Source: Erysipelotrichaceae bacterium
Lineage (GTDB): Bacteria > Bacillota_I > Bacilli_A > Erysipelotrichales > Coprobacillaceae
DNA: 32,000 nt
Reading direction: 5' to 3'
NCBI GenBank assembly: GCA_028698185.1
Contig: JAQVDW010000002.1
Coordinates: forward strand, 90,001 to 122,000
The notes beneath the pieces were generated by a model. That model did not search any database. It saw only the letters and a list, made by a program, of their open reading frames with translations, and was not told where the DNA came from. Within the stretch, counting starts at the first letter, position 1. The number at the start of each line of letters is the position of its first letter. The translations under genes were made by a program, and so were the position numbers. Below are positions 9,499 to 19,750 of this stretch, piece by piece.

Positions 9499-10293
9499 TT
9501 AATCTTCAATTCCAAGCGCATACATATGGTTCAATGGTCCCCGCCCCAAACCAAGATTGAGGTTTGCCGCTATCGCACCGCTTAGATACTCCTTACCTTT
9601 TGCCACCGCCTCTTCAAGCGCCATTCCTTTTGCAAGATTGCAGGCGATTGCACTTGAAAGCGTGCACCCGGTACCGTGGGTGTTGTCGTTATCGATCCGA
9701 GTCGCCTCGAATGTATCGATCCCGCCCTGGTGGCACAGGACATCGGTTGCCTTGCCTTCGAGATGCCCCCCTTTGATGAGGACCGGACATCCATGACGAT
9801 CAAAAATCATCTTCGCTGCGGTTTTCATGTCCGCAACATCACGGATGGCGATCCCGCTTAATTTTTGCGCTTCGAACAAATTAGGGGTGATCAGGCTCGC
9901 AATGGAAAACAGCTCCTGAGACAGGACCGATACTGCCTCCTCATTGATCAGATCAGCACCGCTGGTCGCCACCATCACGGGATCGACCACGATGTTTTTT
10001 GCTTGATAACTCACCAGTTTTTCCTTTATCACCCTGATTGTGGCAATTTGGGATACCATGCCGATTTTGATCGCATCAGGGGCGATGTCGGCAAAAATGC
10101 TGTCAAGCTGGGCCTCAACCATTGCCGGGCTCGATTGTTCAATCATACTGACCCCCATTGTATTCTGGGCGGTCAGCGCGGTGATTGCCGCCATGCCGTA
10201 CATTTTGTGGGCGGTTATCGTTTTCAAATCGGCCTGGATTCCGGCCCCGCCGCTGCAGTCTGATCCGGCTATCGTCAATACTTTTTTAAGCAT
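9499..10293 (-). CDS. thiD: Hydroxymethylpyrimidine / phosphomethylpyrimidine kinase
   Basis: 264 aa with VLTIAGSDCSGGAGIQADLKT and GTGCTLSSAIA, typical of ThiD. Its start overlaps the stop of the upstream thiM-thiE ORF by 8 nt. Confidence 0.93.
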   Translation of the reverse strand: MLKKVLTIAGSDCSGGAGIQADLKTITAHKMYGMAAITALTAQNTMGVSMIEQSSPAMVEAQLDSIFADIAPDAIKIGMVSQIATIRVIKEKLVSYQAKNIVVDPVMVATSGADLINEEAVSVLSQELFSIASLITPNLFEAQKLSGIAIRDVADMKTAAKMIFDRHGCPVLIKGGHLEGKATDVLCHQGGIDTFEATRIDNDNTHGTGCTLSSAIACNLAKGMALEEAVAKGKEYLSGAIAANLNLGLGRGPLNHMYALGIED

Positions 10294-11725
10294 TCCAAAC
10301 CTCCTTGATTCTGTTACGGATTTTTTGGCAATTGGCTTCGATATCGTCGCTTTGGAAAATCCCGCTGATCAAGGCATATCCGTTCACATCCGGATACTTA
10401 GAAAGATTACCATAGTTGATCCCCCCGATGACAACGACCGGGATGACCACATTATCCAGGATTTGTTCAAGGGTTTCCCGGGAAACCCTGATTGTATCGT
10501 TTTTGGTCGAGGTGGCCTCCATGGCTCCGATTCCCAGATAATTGGCTCCCTGTTTTTGGGCCCTGATTGCCTCTTCGACATTGTGGCACGAGACTCCGAT
10601 GATCTTGTCATCTCCGATGATGGAACGGATTTCCCGGCAATCGCCATCATACTGGCCGATATGGATACCCGTCGCCTGGCAGCTTTCGAGCAGTTCAAGG
10701 CTGTCGTTGATTATCAGGGGCACGTTGTGCTGCCTGCATATGCGATTCAAGACCTGTGCCTCTTCAAGCTTCACGGACCAAGCCGCTTCTTTCTGGCGGT
10801 ACTGGAGCATCGTGACGCCGCCTTTTAGCGAGCTTTGGGTGTCTCGATTCAGGTCCTTCATGATATTGGAGTCAGTTATGCCATACAGCCGCAAATCCAA
10901 TGGCCGATATTTCAGGTATTTCGCCTGATTGTCAAGAAGTTCATCCTTCAATGAAACGATGCCGTCGATCAGGAAGTTTCTCATCGTGGCGAATCCCGAA
11001 GCGGTCTTATCCATCATGTCATATGCCTTCTCTCCGGCAAGACCCATCATGATGAAACTGGCCACAGTCGCCTTGAGGCTGTCCTCGCTGGCGCTAACGA
11101 AAGCTCCCACAAGAGCTGTAAGCATGCAGCCTGTCCCGGTTATCCTGCTCATCGTCTCGTGACCATTGTAAATCAGATAGGAATCATTTTGGTCACATAC
11201 AAGATCCACCGCCCCTGAAATGGCGATGACACAGGAATGGCGCCTGGCCAGTTGTTGCATCTTGGCAATCTGGCCGGACATGTTCTTCTGGTTCAGGGAA
11301 TCATAAGCAAAGGCGTCGACACCTCGGGTTTTCTGCGAAAAATCGCAGATGACATTAAGTTCCGACATGTTGCCCCGGATTATGGTGAAGTCGATTTCCC
11401 CCAAAAGAGTCTGGACTACTTCCTTGCGATAGTCTGATGCCCCAACCCCGACGGGATCGAGAACCACCGGAATGCCTCTTTTATTGGCTTTTTTTCCGGC
11501 CGCCAACATCGCTTGTACCTTTGACTGATTCAAGGTTCCGATATTGATGACCAATGCATCAGCCAGATCGACAATCTGTTCCACCTCCCTGATCTCATCG
11601 GCCATGATCGGACTGGCCCCCGCTCCTAGCAGAATATTGGCACAGTCATTGACCGTGACATAATTTGTAATGCAATGGACAACCGGTTTCTTTGCGATTA
11701 CGCGATTGCGATATTCACTCCACAT
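10286..11725 (-). CDS. Bifunctional hydroxyethylthiazole kinase (ThiM, N-terminal) / thiamine-phosphate synthase (ThiE, C-terminal) fusion
   Basis: 479 aa from ATG 11725, with AAAGGAGAA 5 nt upstream. The TTG at 11749 in the ORF track would include the RBS. The N-terminal half (VVHCITNYVTVNDCANILLGAGASPIMAD, TGTGCMLTALVGAF) is ThiM. From about residue 275 (LRLYGITD, GGVTMLQYRQKE, IIGVSCH, YLGIGAM) it is ThiE. One continuous frame. Confidence 0.88.
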   Translation of the reverse strand: MWSEYRNRVIAKKPVVHCITNYVTVNDCANILLGAGASPIMADEIREVEQIVDLADALVINIGTLNQSKVQAMLAAGKKANKRGIPVVLDPVGVGASDYRKEVVQTLLGEIDFTIIRGNMSELNVICDFSQKTRGVDAFAYDSLNQKNMSGQIAKMQQLARRHSCVIAISGAVDLVCDQNDSYLIYNGHETMSRITGTGCMLTALVGAFVSASEDSLKATVASFIMMGLAGEKAYDMMDKTASGFATMRNFLIDGIVSLKDELLDNQAKYLKYRPLDLRLYGITDSNIMKDLNRDTQSSLKGGVTMLQYRQKEAAWSVKLEEAQVLNRICRQHNVPLIINDSLELLESCQATGIHIGQYDGDCREIRSIIGDDKIIGVSCHNVEEAIRAQKQGANYLGIGAMEATSTKNDTIRVSRETLEQILDNVVIPVVVIGGINYGNLSKYPDVNGYALISGIFQSDDIEANCQKIRNRIKEVWNA

Positions 11726-11771
11726 CTTGTTTCTCCTTTCGATTTTCAACTGGTTTGATCAATCTGGATAT

Positions 11772-11906
11772 AAAAAAACGGAATAGTTCTCCTGTTAGAC
11801 TACTCCGTCAATATGCTTTTAACTTCCTCCGTTGGCATTATCCAAATCAGGTTAAGGGTCGAAGTTGATTACTTCCTCTCAGCCTGCAAACAAGCTCCCC
11901 TGTCAT
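11772..11906 (-). promoter_or_regulatory. TPP (THI-box) riboswitch with intrinsic terminator expression platform
   Basis: Minus strand reads GGGGAGC...GCAGGCTGAGAGGAAGTAATCAACTTCGACCCTTAACCTGATTTGGATAATGCCAACGGAGGAAG. This contains the CUGAGA, ACCC and CCUGAU-UGGAUAAUGCCA core of the TPP aptamer. A terminator follows at 11772-11808: ACGGAGTAGT...ACTATTCCGT plus T7. Confidence 0.9.
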
Positions 11907-11924
11907 TATTCAGTTTACCTCTAA

Positions 11925-11953
11925 ATCATATGTCCTTGCCAAAAATTTGTCAA
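11925..11953 (-). promoter_or_regulatory. Sigma-A type promoter of the thiamine operon
   Basis: Minus strand: TTGACA (11948-11953), 17-nt spacer, TATGAT (11925-11930). It lies immediately downstream of the ATPase stop codon and about 12 nt upstream of the riboswitch. Confidence 0.7.
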
Positions 11954-11960
11954 GGAATTC

Positions 11961-14042
11961 TTATTTCATGGCCCGCATCGAGTTGAATATCGCAAGCAGG
12001 GTCACACCCACATCTCCGAAAACACCAAACCACATATTGGCGATTCCCATGGTCGCCAGTGCGATTATGGCAACTTTAACTAAGATGGAAAAATAGATGT
12101 TCTGTTTGAGAATCCGATTCGTCTTTTTGGCCACCTTGATCAGTTCAGTGATGGTGATAAGATCGTCATGGATAAGAACCACATCAGCCGCCTGTTTGGC
12201 CAGGTCGCTTCCCTTGGTGCCCATCGCAATCCCGATATCGCTGCGCATCAGCACCGGACCGTCATTGATTCCATCCCCCACAAAGGCCACCGCCCCCTTG
12301 GAGTTGATCAACCGTTCGATATGTGTCACTTTATCCGCAGGCATCAGGTCGCCATAAACCTTGTCAATGCCCAAAGTCGCGGCAATCCGGTCAGCCGCTT
12401 TTTGGTTGTCCCCCGTCAGCATGACAGTCTCGATTCCCAGCCGGTGGAACCTGGTAATGGCCTCAGGAGTGCTGTCCTTGACTGTGTCCCCGATTTCAAC
12501 CGCGCCGATGTAGGTTCCATCCAAAGCCACATATACTACGGTGTCGAGCGTGTCTATCCTTTCTAAAGGGATACCGTTTTCACTCAGGAACTTGTAATTG
12601 CCCAGCACCAGTCCCTGGCCTGAATATTCGCATTTTATTCCTCCTCCTGGAAATTCCTGATAATTTGAAATCCGGCCTTGGTCCAGGGTCTGGTCATACT
12701 CCTTGACGATGCTCATTGCGACCGGATGATTGGACAGGCTTTCTCCATAGGCGGCCAGTTCCAGGACATCACCATGGATTTTTTTGACCCGGAATTCCCC
12801 CTTGGTTATCGTACCGGTTTTGTCGAAAACGATGGTGTTTATATGGGCTGCCTGTTCGAGATAGTTGCTTCCTTTAACCAGGGCTCCAATCTTGCTGGCT
12901 TTGCCGATACCCGCATAGAGCGTCAGCGGCACGCTTACCGCTATGGCACATGGGCAAGAAACGACAAGGAAGACCAGGGCCCGATAGCCCCAGGTGGCCA
13001 GGCCACCTGGCAAGAACAACGGAAACCCAAATGCCACAAGCAATGCCATAAGAAGCACAAAAGGCGTATATTTGCGCGAAAACCTGGTCACGAAATGTTC
13101 GATCTTGGCTTTTTTGGTTGCGCTCTGTTCAAGCAGTTCGATGATTTTGGCAACTGTGGAGTCCTCATAAAGCCTGGTCGTCTCCATCTCGAAAACACCG
13201 GTCAGATTGACCGTGCCCGAAGTGACCGGATCGCCTGGCGCGATGTCGACCGGAACCGATTCTCCAGTTAGGTTGGCGGCATTGATGGCGCTGCTTCTGC
13301 TAACAACCACACCATCAAGAGGGATTTTCTGTCCGACCTTTATCATCAATATCGACCCTAAGGGGACTGTCTCGACATCCTGGACAAAGTAGTCATTCCC
13401 TTTTTTCACCAGAGCCTGATCGCTTTTGAGATCCATCAGCTTGGAGATCGAATCCCGGGATCTGTCAATGGCATAATCCTGGAACAGCTCACCGACACTG
13501 TAGAAAAGCATCACGCCGACCGCCTCATTGTACTCGCCAATGGCGATGGCTCCAAGCGTGGCGACAGTCATCAGGAAATTTTCTTCAAAAAAGTCCCGGT
13601 TAATAATATTTTTTACAGCTGTCCTTACCACATGGAAACCAATTAAAGCATAGGCACAAATGATCAACCACTCAAGATGGGATATAAGGCCCGCAAGATA
13701 AAGTGGTGTCCCGACAGCCAGATTCCAATTCTTCCTGAAACTTAACACCCTTTTCTTATCCTGTGTTCTAGGGTAGCTGACAGTAACTCCGTCTTCAATC
13801 CCGTCAACCACATCCTGGATTGTCACAAGCAGTTCATGGCGTCCAAGACCACTTTTTACGATTATCTTCTTGGTTGTAAAATTCAATACCGCCTCCTCAA
13901 TCCCGGGCGTCAAGTTGAGCTTGGCCTCAATTTTCATCGCACAGTTGGCACAGTTGAGACCTTCGACATCGAATCTGACGCCAGCCAGGTGCGCCGGCTC
14001 ATTTGACGGCACTAGATCGCATTGTTTTTCCATTATTTTCAC
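11961..14042 (-). CDS. Heavy-metal translocating P1B-type ATPase (Zn/Cd/Co-type, CadA/ZntA-like)
   Basis: 693 aa. N-terminal HMA domain with CANC (GLNCANCAMKIE). TM6 SCPCAIAVSVP matches CPC-x4-S-x-P. Also DKTGT, MLTGDN, GDGINDGP and a C-terminal GDVGVTLLAIFNS (DxG), as in Zn/Cd/Pb exporters. Confidence 0.9.
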   Translation of the reverse strand: MKIMEKQCDLVPSNEPAHLAGVRFDVEGLNCANCAMKIEAKLNLTPGIEEAVLNFTTKKIIVKSGLGRHELLVTIQDVVDGIEDGVTVSYPRTQDKKRVLSFRKNWNLAVGTPLYLAGLISHLEWLIICAYALIGFHVVRTAVKNIINRDFFEENFLMTVATLGAIAIGEYNEAVGVMLFYSVGELFQDYAIDRSRDSISKLMDLKSDQALVKKGNDYFVQDVETVPLGSILMIKVGQKIPLDGVVVSRSSAINAANLTGESVPVDIAPGDPVTSGTVNLTGVFEMETTRLYEDSTVAKIIELLEQSATKKAKIEHFVTRFSRKYTPFVLLMALLVAFGFPLFLPGGLATWGYRALVFLVVSCPCAIAVSVPLTLYAGIGKASKIGALVKGSNYLEQAAHINTIVFDKTGTITKGEFRVKKIHGDVLELAAYGESLSNHPVAMSIVKEYDQTLDQGRISNYQEFPGGGIKCEYSGQGLVLGNYKFLSENGIPLERIDTLDTVVYVALDGTYIGAVEIGDTVKDSTPEAITRFHRLGIETVMLTGDNQKAADRIAATLGIDKVYGDLMPADKVTHIERLINSKGAVAFVGDGINDGPVLMRSDIGIAMGTKGSDLAKQAADVVLIHDDLITITELIKVAKKTNRILKQNIYFSILVKVAIIALATMGIANMWFGVFGDVGVTLLAIFNSMRAMK

Positions 14043-14333
14043 CTATCCATGGACTATATGTTCCAATCCTTTCTCGAATATCGCTTTTACATGATCATCA
14101 TCCAAAGAATAAAAGATCGCCTTACCGTCCCGGCGGCCCCGGACCAGTTTGGCTGTCTTAAGTATCCGCAGCTGATGTGACACGGCGGACTGACTCATAT
14201 TCAAATCTTCCACCAGATTGGTGACATTCTTTTCACCGTCAATCAGGCTGTATATTATCTTGATCCGGGTCGAATCGCCAAAAACCTTGAACAATTCGGC
14301 CAGATCGAACAAATCTTCCTCAATAATTCCCAT
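14043..14333 (-). CDS. ArsR/SmtB-family metal sensor repressor, CzrA/SmtB-like (alpha5 site)
   Basis: 96 aa with FKVFGDSTRIKIIYSL and SQSAVSHQLRILK. The C-terminal D79-x-H81-x10-H92-x2-H95 has the spacing of the CzrA alpha5 Zn/Co site. No N-terminal Cys pair of CadC. Its stop abuts the ATPase start. RBS AGGAGG lies 5 nt upstream. Confidence 0.85.
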   Translation of the reverse strand: MGIIEEDLFDLAELFKVFGDSTRIKIIYSLIDGEKNVTNLVEDLNMSQSAVSHQLRILKTAKLVRGRRDGKAIFYSLDDDHVKAIFEKGLEHIVHG

Positions 14334-14348
14334 AATAACCTCCTACAC

Positions 14349-14364
14349 ATGAACAACTGTTCAT
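14349..14364. promoter_or_regulatory. Candidate ArsR/SmtB operator (perfect 6-4-6 inverted repeat)
   Basis: ATGAAC-AACT-GTTCAT contains the TGAAC...GTTCA core seen in CzrA/SmtB-type operators. It sits between the -10 element and the RBS of the repressor gene. Confidence 0.6.
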
Positions 14365-14370
14365 ACATTC

Positions 14371-14398
14371 ATTATATTGATTTGCTGAAACATGTCAA
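14371..14398 (-). promoter_or_regulatory. Sigma-A type promoter of the repressor-ATPase operon
   Basis: Minus strand: TTGACA (14393-14398), 16-nt spacer, TATAAT (14371-14376). Confidence 0.7.
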
Positions 14399-14450
14399 TA
14401 ACGATGTTATATTTTTTTATCGCTATATTCGGATATTTTTTATATTTTAT

Positions 14451-14479
14451 TTGACAAAGTGAGTTTCTTACGATAATAT
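14451..14479 (+). promoter_or_regulatory. Sigma-A type promoter of the lysS leader
   Basis: TTGACA (14451-14456), 17-nt spacer, TAATAT (14474-14479). It is divergent from the repressor promoter about 50 nt away. Confidence 0.7.
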
Positions 14480-14486
14480 ACATACG

Positions 14487-16242
<1,756 letters not shown>

Positions 16243-16256
16243 ATATCATTATCGAT

Positions 16257-16287
16257 GCACAGCCGGAAAACCTGCTGTGCTTTGTTT
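16257..16287 (+). terminator. Rho-independent terminator of lysS
   Basis: GCACAGC-CGGAAAACCT-GCTGTGC followed by TTTGTTT, 15 nt after the stop. Confidence 0.8.
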
Positions 16288-16435
16288 ATACCGGTTTATT
16301 CTGACCCAACTGGAATGGCGACAAGACCAAACAGTCGATTACGGCCAAAAATTGCAAAATTGTTTCCTCAGTTCATCTTTAATTCAAATTCAACATATTT
16401 AATGATTATGATTACTTAAAAGAAGAGGTATTGCA

Positions 16436-19400
16436 ATGTTACAAATAAGAAATATCCATAAAGAATACAAGACCGGTTCATTGGTTCAAAAAGCCCTTGA
16501 CGGGGTATCCTTGAATCTCCGGGACAACGAGTTTGTCGCAATTCTAGGCCCCAGCGGTTCAGGCAAGACCACCTTGCTCAACATTATCGGCGGACTTGAC
16601 CGCTATGATCAAGGCGATTTGATCATCAACGGTATTTCCACAAAAAAATACAAAGACCGTGATTGGGATTCTTATCGCAACCATACGATTGGCTTTGTCT
16701 TCCAAAGCTACAACCTGATTCCCCACCAGACCATCCTGGCCAATGTAGAACTGGCTTTGACAATATCCGGGATTTCCAAAAGCGAGAGAAAGACACGCGC
16801 ATTAAACGCGCTCGAGCAGGTCGGGCTGTCCAACCAGGGACATAAAAAACCAAACCAGATGTCCGGAGGCCAGATGCAACGGGTTGCCATCGCCCGGGCG
16901 CTTGTCAACGACCCCGATATCCTGCTGGCTGATGAGCCCACCGGAGCATTGGACAGCGAGACTAGCGTCCAGGTAATGGAACTGCTCAAAGCAGTTGCCA
17001 AAGACCGGCTGGTGGTCATGGTCACCCATAATCCCGATCTGGCCAAAACATACGCAACCAGGATCGTCAATCTGCGGGACGGCCTTATCATCAGCGACAC
17101 CGATCCGCTCAATATCAGCGTCGGTGAACTGGAAAAACCACGCCATGAAAACATGGGCAAATCCGCAATGTCTTTCATGACTTCACTGGTTCTAAGCTTC
17201 AACAATCTCAAGACAAAGAAGGCCCGGACGATCCTGACATCATTCGCAGGTTCGATTGGAATCATCGGCATTGCCATGATTCTCTCACTTTCCAACGGAG
17301 TCAACCAATATATCAAGACGATCGAGGAAGACACCCTTTCCCAATATCCTCTCGAAATCCAAAGCACCGGCTTCGATTTGACTTCGATGATGAGCGGTTC
17401 ATCCAACAGCGATTCCGGCGATAATAACCAGATCAATGTGACCAAAATGCTTACTAACATGTTTTCAAGAATCGGATCAAACGACCTTGCTTCACTTAAG
17501 GATTTTTTCGAATACGGCGACAGTTCCATCAACGAATATGTCAATTCCATCGAATACAGCTATGCCATCACACCACAGATATACAGCAGCGACACCACTT
17601 CGATACGCCAGGTCAATCCGGACCAGTCATTCGCTGCCATGGGGATGGGTTCGTCCGCTTCATCAGGCGGGTTCCTATCATCAATGTTTAGCAACGATTC
17701 ATTCTTCCAGCTGCCAAAAGATGAGCAACTGTACCAGGACCAATATGACTTAAAGGCCGGAAAATGGCCCGAGAACTACAACGAGTGCGTCCTTGTCCTT
17801 AACGAAGACGGAAATATCAGCGATTTCGTGATGTACACCCTGGGTCTTCGAGACGTAAAAGAACTAGATGATATGATCCAGCAATATCTAAGCGAAGAGA
17901 ATGTGGTCGTGCCAGACCAGACTGACTCATTTAGCTACGACCAGATTCTAAACACCCAATTCAAACTGGTGAATGCGGTCGACTATTACCAGCACGATGA
18001 AAAATACGATATCTATTCCGATAAGACCAACGACCAGGCCTACATGGAAAATCTCGTTGCAAACGGCGAAACCCTTGAAATTGTCGGAATTGTCGATCCG
18101 GTTCCTGGAACACCAGCAACAATGCTACAAGCCGGTATCGGTTATCAGCCCTCACTTACTTCCCATGTGATTGAAACCGCAGCTGCCAGCAATATTGTCA
18201 AGGATCAGCTGGAAAATCCGGATATCGACATCTTTACTGGGAAAGGTTTCAACAGCGACCAGGAAAATCCGCTTGACCTAACCAAATTGTTCTCAATCAA
18301 TCCTGACGTGATCAAGAACGCCTTTGTCTTTGATCAAAGCAAAATCGCCTTAAATTTGGATGACTTCGACTTTTCTTCGATCGAGATAAATCCGGCAACG
18401 CTGCCTGCTATCGACTTTGAAAAAATATTATCGGATATTGAAATCAGTCCCGATCAGGAACAGCTTGCAAAACTGAGCCAGAATATATCCGATCAATTCC
18501 AGCAGTATATGGCCGACAATGCATTGACCGATCCAGATAGTATCGACGAATACTTCATGGCATACATCCAAAGTGAACCGGCCCAAATCCTGATCAAGGA
18601 CGAACTGACTGCACTGTTGACGACCAGCGGTCTGACTGAAAAATTCCAGGCCGGGATCGAAAGCCAGATGGAATCAATAATGAGCGAATATTCGCAGACG
18701 ATTGCCACATCTTTGCAGCAACAAATCACAACCTTGCTCAACAAACAGCTCGGTAACCTTGCAACAAGTATCCCTAATGCCATTTCAATCGACACCAGCG
18801 TTTTCTCACAGGCGATAACCATGAACATGGACGAGGAAGAACTGTCAGGGTTGATGCTGTCACTGATGAGCACCACCCCATCGTCATTTGAGGAAAACCT
18901 GACCACCCTAGGTTATGCCGATCTGGACAAACCTGATTCCATTCTCATCTATCCCTGTGATTTCCAGAGCAAACAAAACGTTATCAAAATTCTCGATGAC
19001 TACAATGCCGCCATGCAAATAAGCGATGATTCGAAAGTTATCACCTATACCGATTATGTCGGTACATTGATGTCTTCAGTGACTGACATAATCAACGTCA
19101 TCTCATACGTCCTGATCGCCTTTGTCGCAATTTCTTTGGTCGTATCCTCTATTATGATCGGGGTAATCACCTACATCAGCGTCCTTGAGCGCAAGAAAGA
19201 AATCGGGATCCTGCGGGCCATCGGAGCTTCCAAGCGAAACATATCCCAAGTCTTCAATGCCGAGACCTTCATCATCGGTCTACTCGCCGGTCTGCTGGGA
19301 ATCGGGATAACCCTGATATTGCTTGTCCCGAGCAATATCTTGATCCACCATTTCGCCGGCGACGTCGATGTCAGCGCCGCACTTCCGCCAAGTGGGGCCG

Positions 19401-19504
19401 TAATCCTCATCATCCTAAGCACGATTCTGACAATAATCGGCGGAATCATACCGGCCAAGAAGGCCGCCCAGGCCGACCCGGTCGCAGCACTGCGCACCGA
19501 TTAG
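16436..19504 (+). CDS. Fused ABC transporter ATP-binding protein / FtsX-MacB-type permease with a very large extracytoplasmic domain
   Basis: 1022 aa. Residues 1-225 form a LolD/MacB-type ATPase (GPSGSGKTTLLN, MSGGQMQRVAIARAL, ILLADEPTGALD). TM1 is about 265-286, a hydrophilic acidic domain about 287-885, and a C-terminal FtsX domain with 3 TM (LERKKEIGILRAIGASKRNI). RBS AGAAGAGG. Confidence 0.88.
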   Translation: MLQIRNIHKEYKTGSLVQKALDGVSLNLRDNEFVAILGPSGSGKTTLLNIIGGLDRYDQGDLIINGISTKKYKDRDWDSYRNHTIGFVFQSYNLIPHQTILANVELALTISGISKSERKTRALNALEQVGLSNQGHKKPNQMSGGQMQRVAIARALVNDPDILLADEPTGALDSETSVQVMELLKAVAKDRLVVMVTHNPDLAKTYATRIVNLRDGLIISDTDPLNISVGELEKPRHENMGKSAMSFMTSLVLSFNNLKTKKARTILTSFAGSIGIIGIAMILSLSNGVNQYIKTIEEDTLSQYPLEIQSTGFDLTSMMSGSSNSDSGDNNQINVTKMLTNMFSRIGSNDLASLKDFFEYGDSSINEYVNSIEYSYAITPQIYSSDTTSIRQVNPDQSFAAMGMGSSASSGGFLSSMFSNDSFFQLPKDEQLYQDQYDLKAGKWPENYNECVLVLNEDGNISDFVMYTLGLRDVKELDDMIQQYLSEENVVVPDQTDSFSYDQILNTQFKLVNAVDYYQHDEKYDIYSDKTNDQAYMENLVANGETLEIVGIVDPVPGTPATMLQAGIGYQPSLTSHVIETAAASNIVKDQLENPDIDIFTGKGFNSDQENPLDLTKLFSINPDVIKNAFVFDQSKIALNLDDFDFSSIEINPATLPAIDFEKILSDIEISPDQEQLAKLSQNISDQFQQYMADNALTDPDSIDEYFMAYIQSEPAQILIKDELTALLTTSGLTEKFQAGIESQMESIMSEYSQTIATSLQQQITTLLNKQLGNLATSIPNAISIDTSVFSQAITMNMDEEELSGLMLSLMSTTPSSFEENLTTLGYADLDKPDSILIYPCDFQSKQNVIKILDDYNAAMQISDDSKVITYTDYVGTLMSSVTDIINVISYVLIAFVAISLVVSSIMIGVITYISVLERKKEIGILRAIGASKRNISQVFNAETFIIGLLAGLLGIGITLILLVPSNILIHHFAGDVDVSAALPPSGAVILIILSTILTIIGGIIPAKKAAQADPVAALRTD

Positions 19505-19546
19505 GCAAATACGGCACCAAATATGTAACAAGGCATGCCCGGACTC

Positions 19547-19587
19547 AAGTAATCCTACTCAAAAATAATGAGTGGGATTACTTTTTT
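19547..19587 (+). terminator. Rho-independent terminator of the ABC gene
   Basis: AAGTAATCCTACTC-(9 nt)-GAGTGGGATTACTT, a 14-bp stem with one G-U, followed by TTTT. Confidence 0.85.
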
Positions 19588-19642
19588 GATTCCGGCGAAA
19601 TTTTGATGGAATGTATCCTTATTGAGGTTTGGATCATTTCGT

Positions 19643-19673
19643 TTGATTTTTCAATGCCGCTTGATGTTATAAT
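19643..19673 (+). promoter_or_regulatory. Extended -10 promoter upstream of the oxidoreductase gene
   Basis: TGtTATAAT (19665-19673). The only -35-like element is TTGATT at a suboptimal 19-nt spacing. Confidence 0.5.
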
Positions 19674-19750
19674 GTAAGAACACCAAGGTTTATCCATTCA
19701 CATCAATTGAAAAGGAGGAAGCTTGCCCATATTGGACGAGCGATACTATT

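Noticed and set aside
16402-16419. Five-codon mini-ORF ATG ATT ATG ATT ACT TAA (MIMIT) just upstream of the ABC transporter RBS, considered as a stalling leader peptide.
   Set aside because: There is no SD in front of it and no alternative hairpins sequestering the downstream RBS. Leader-peptide attenuation is known for ABC-F and erm-type genes, not MacB-type pumps.
16708-17550. 280-aa ORF antisense to the ABC transporter gene. Similar long antisense ORFs occur at 10040-10828 (262 aa), 26346-27023 (225 aa), 12678-13271 (197 aa) and 1185-1676 (163 aa).
   Set aside because: Each lies entirely inside, and opposite to, a CDS with unmistakable family motifs. None has an RBS. Their translations are low-complexity (Ser/Arg/Pro/Leu-rich), typical of shadow frames.
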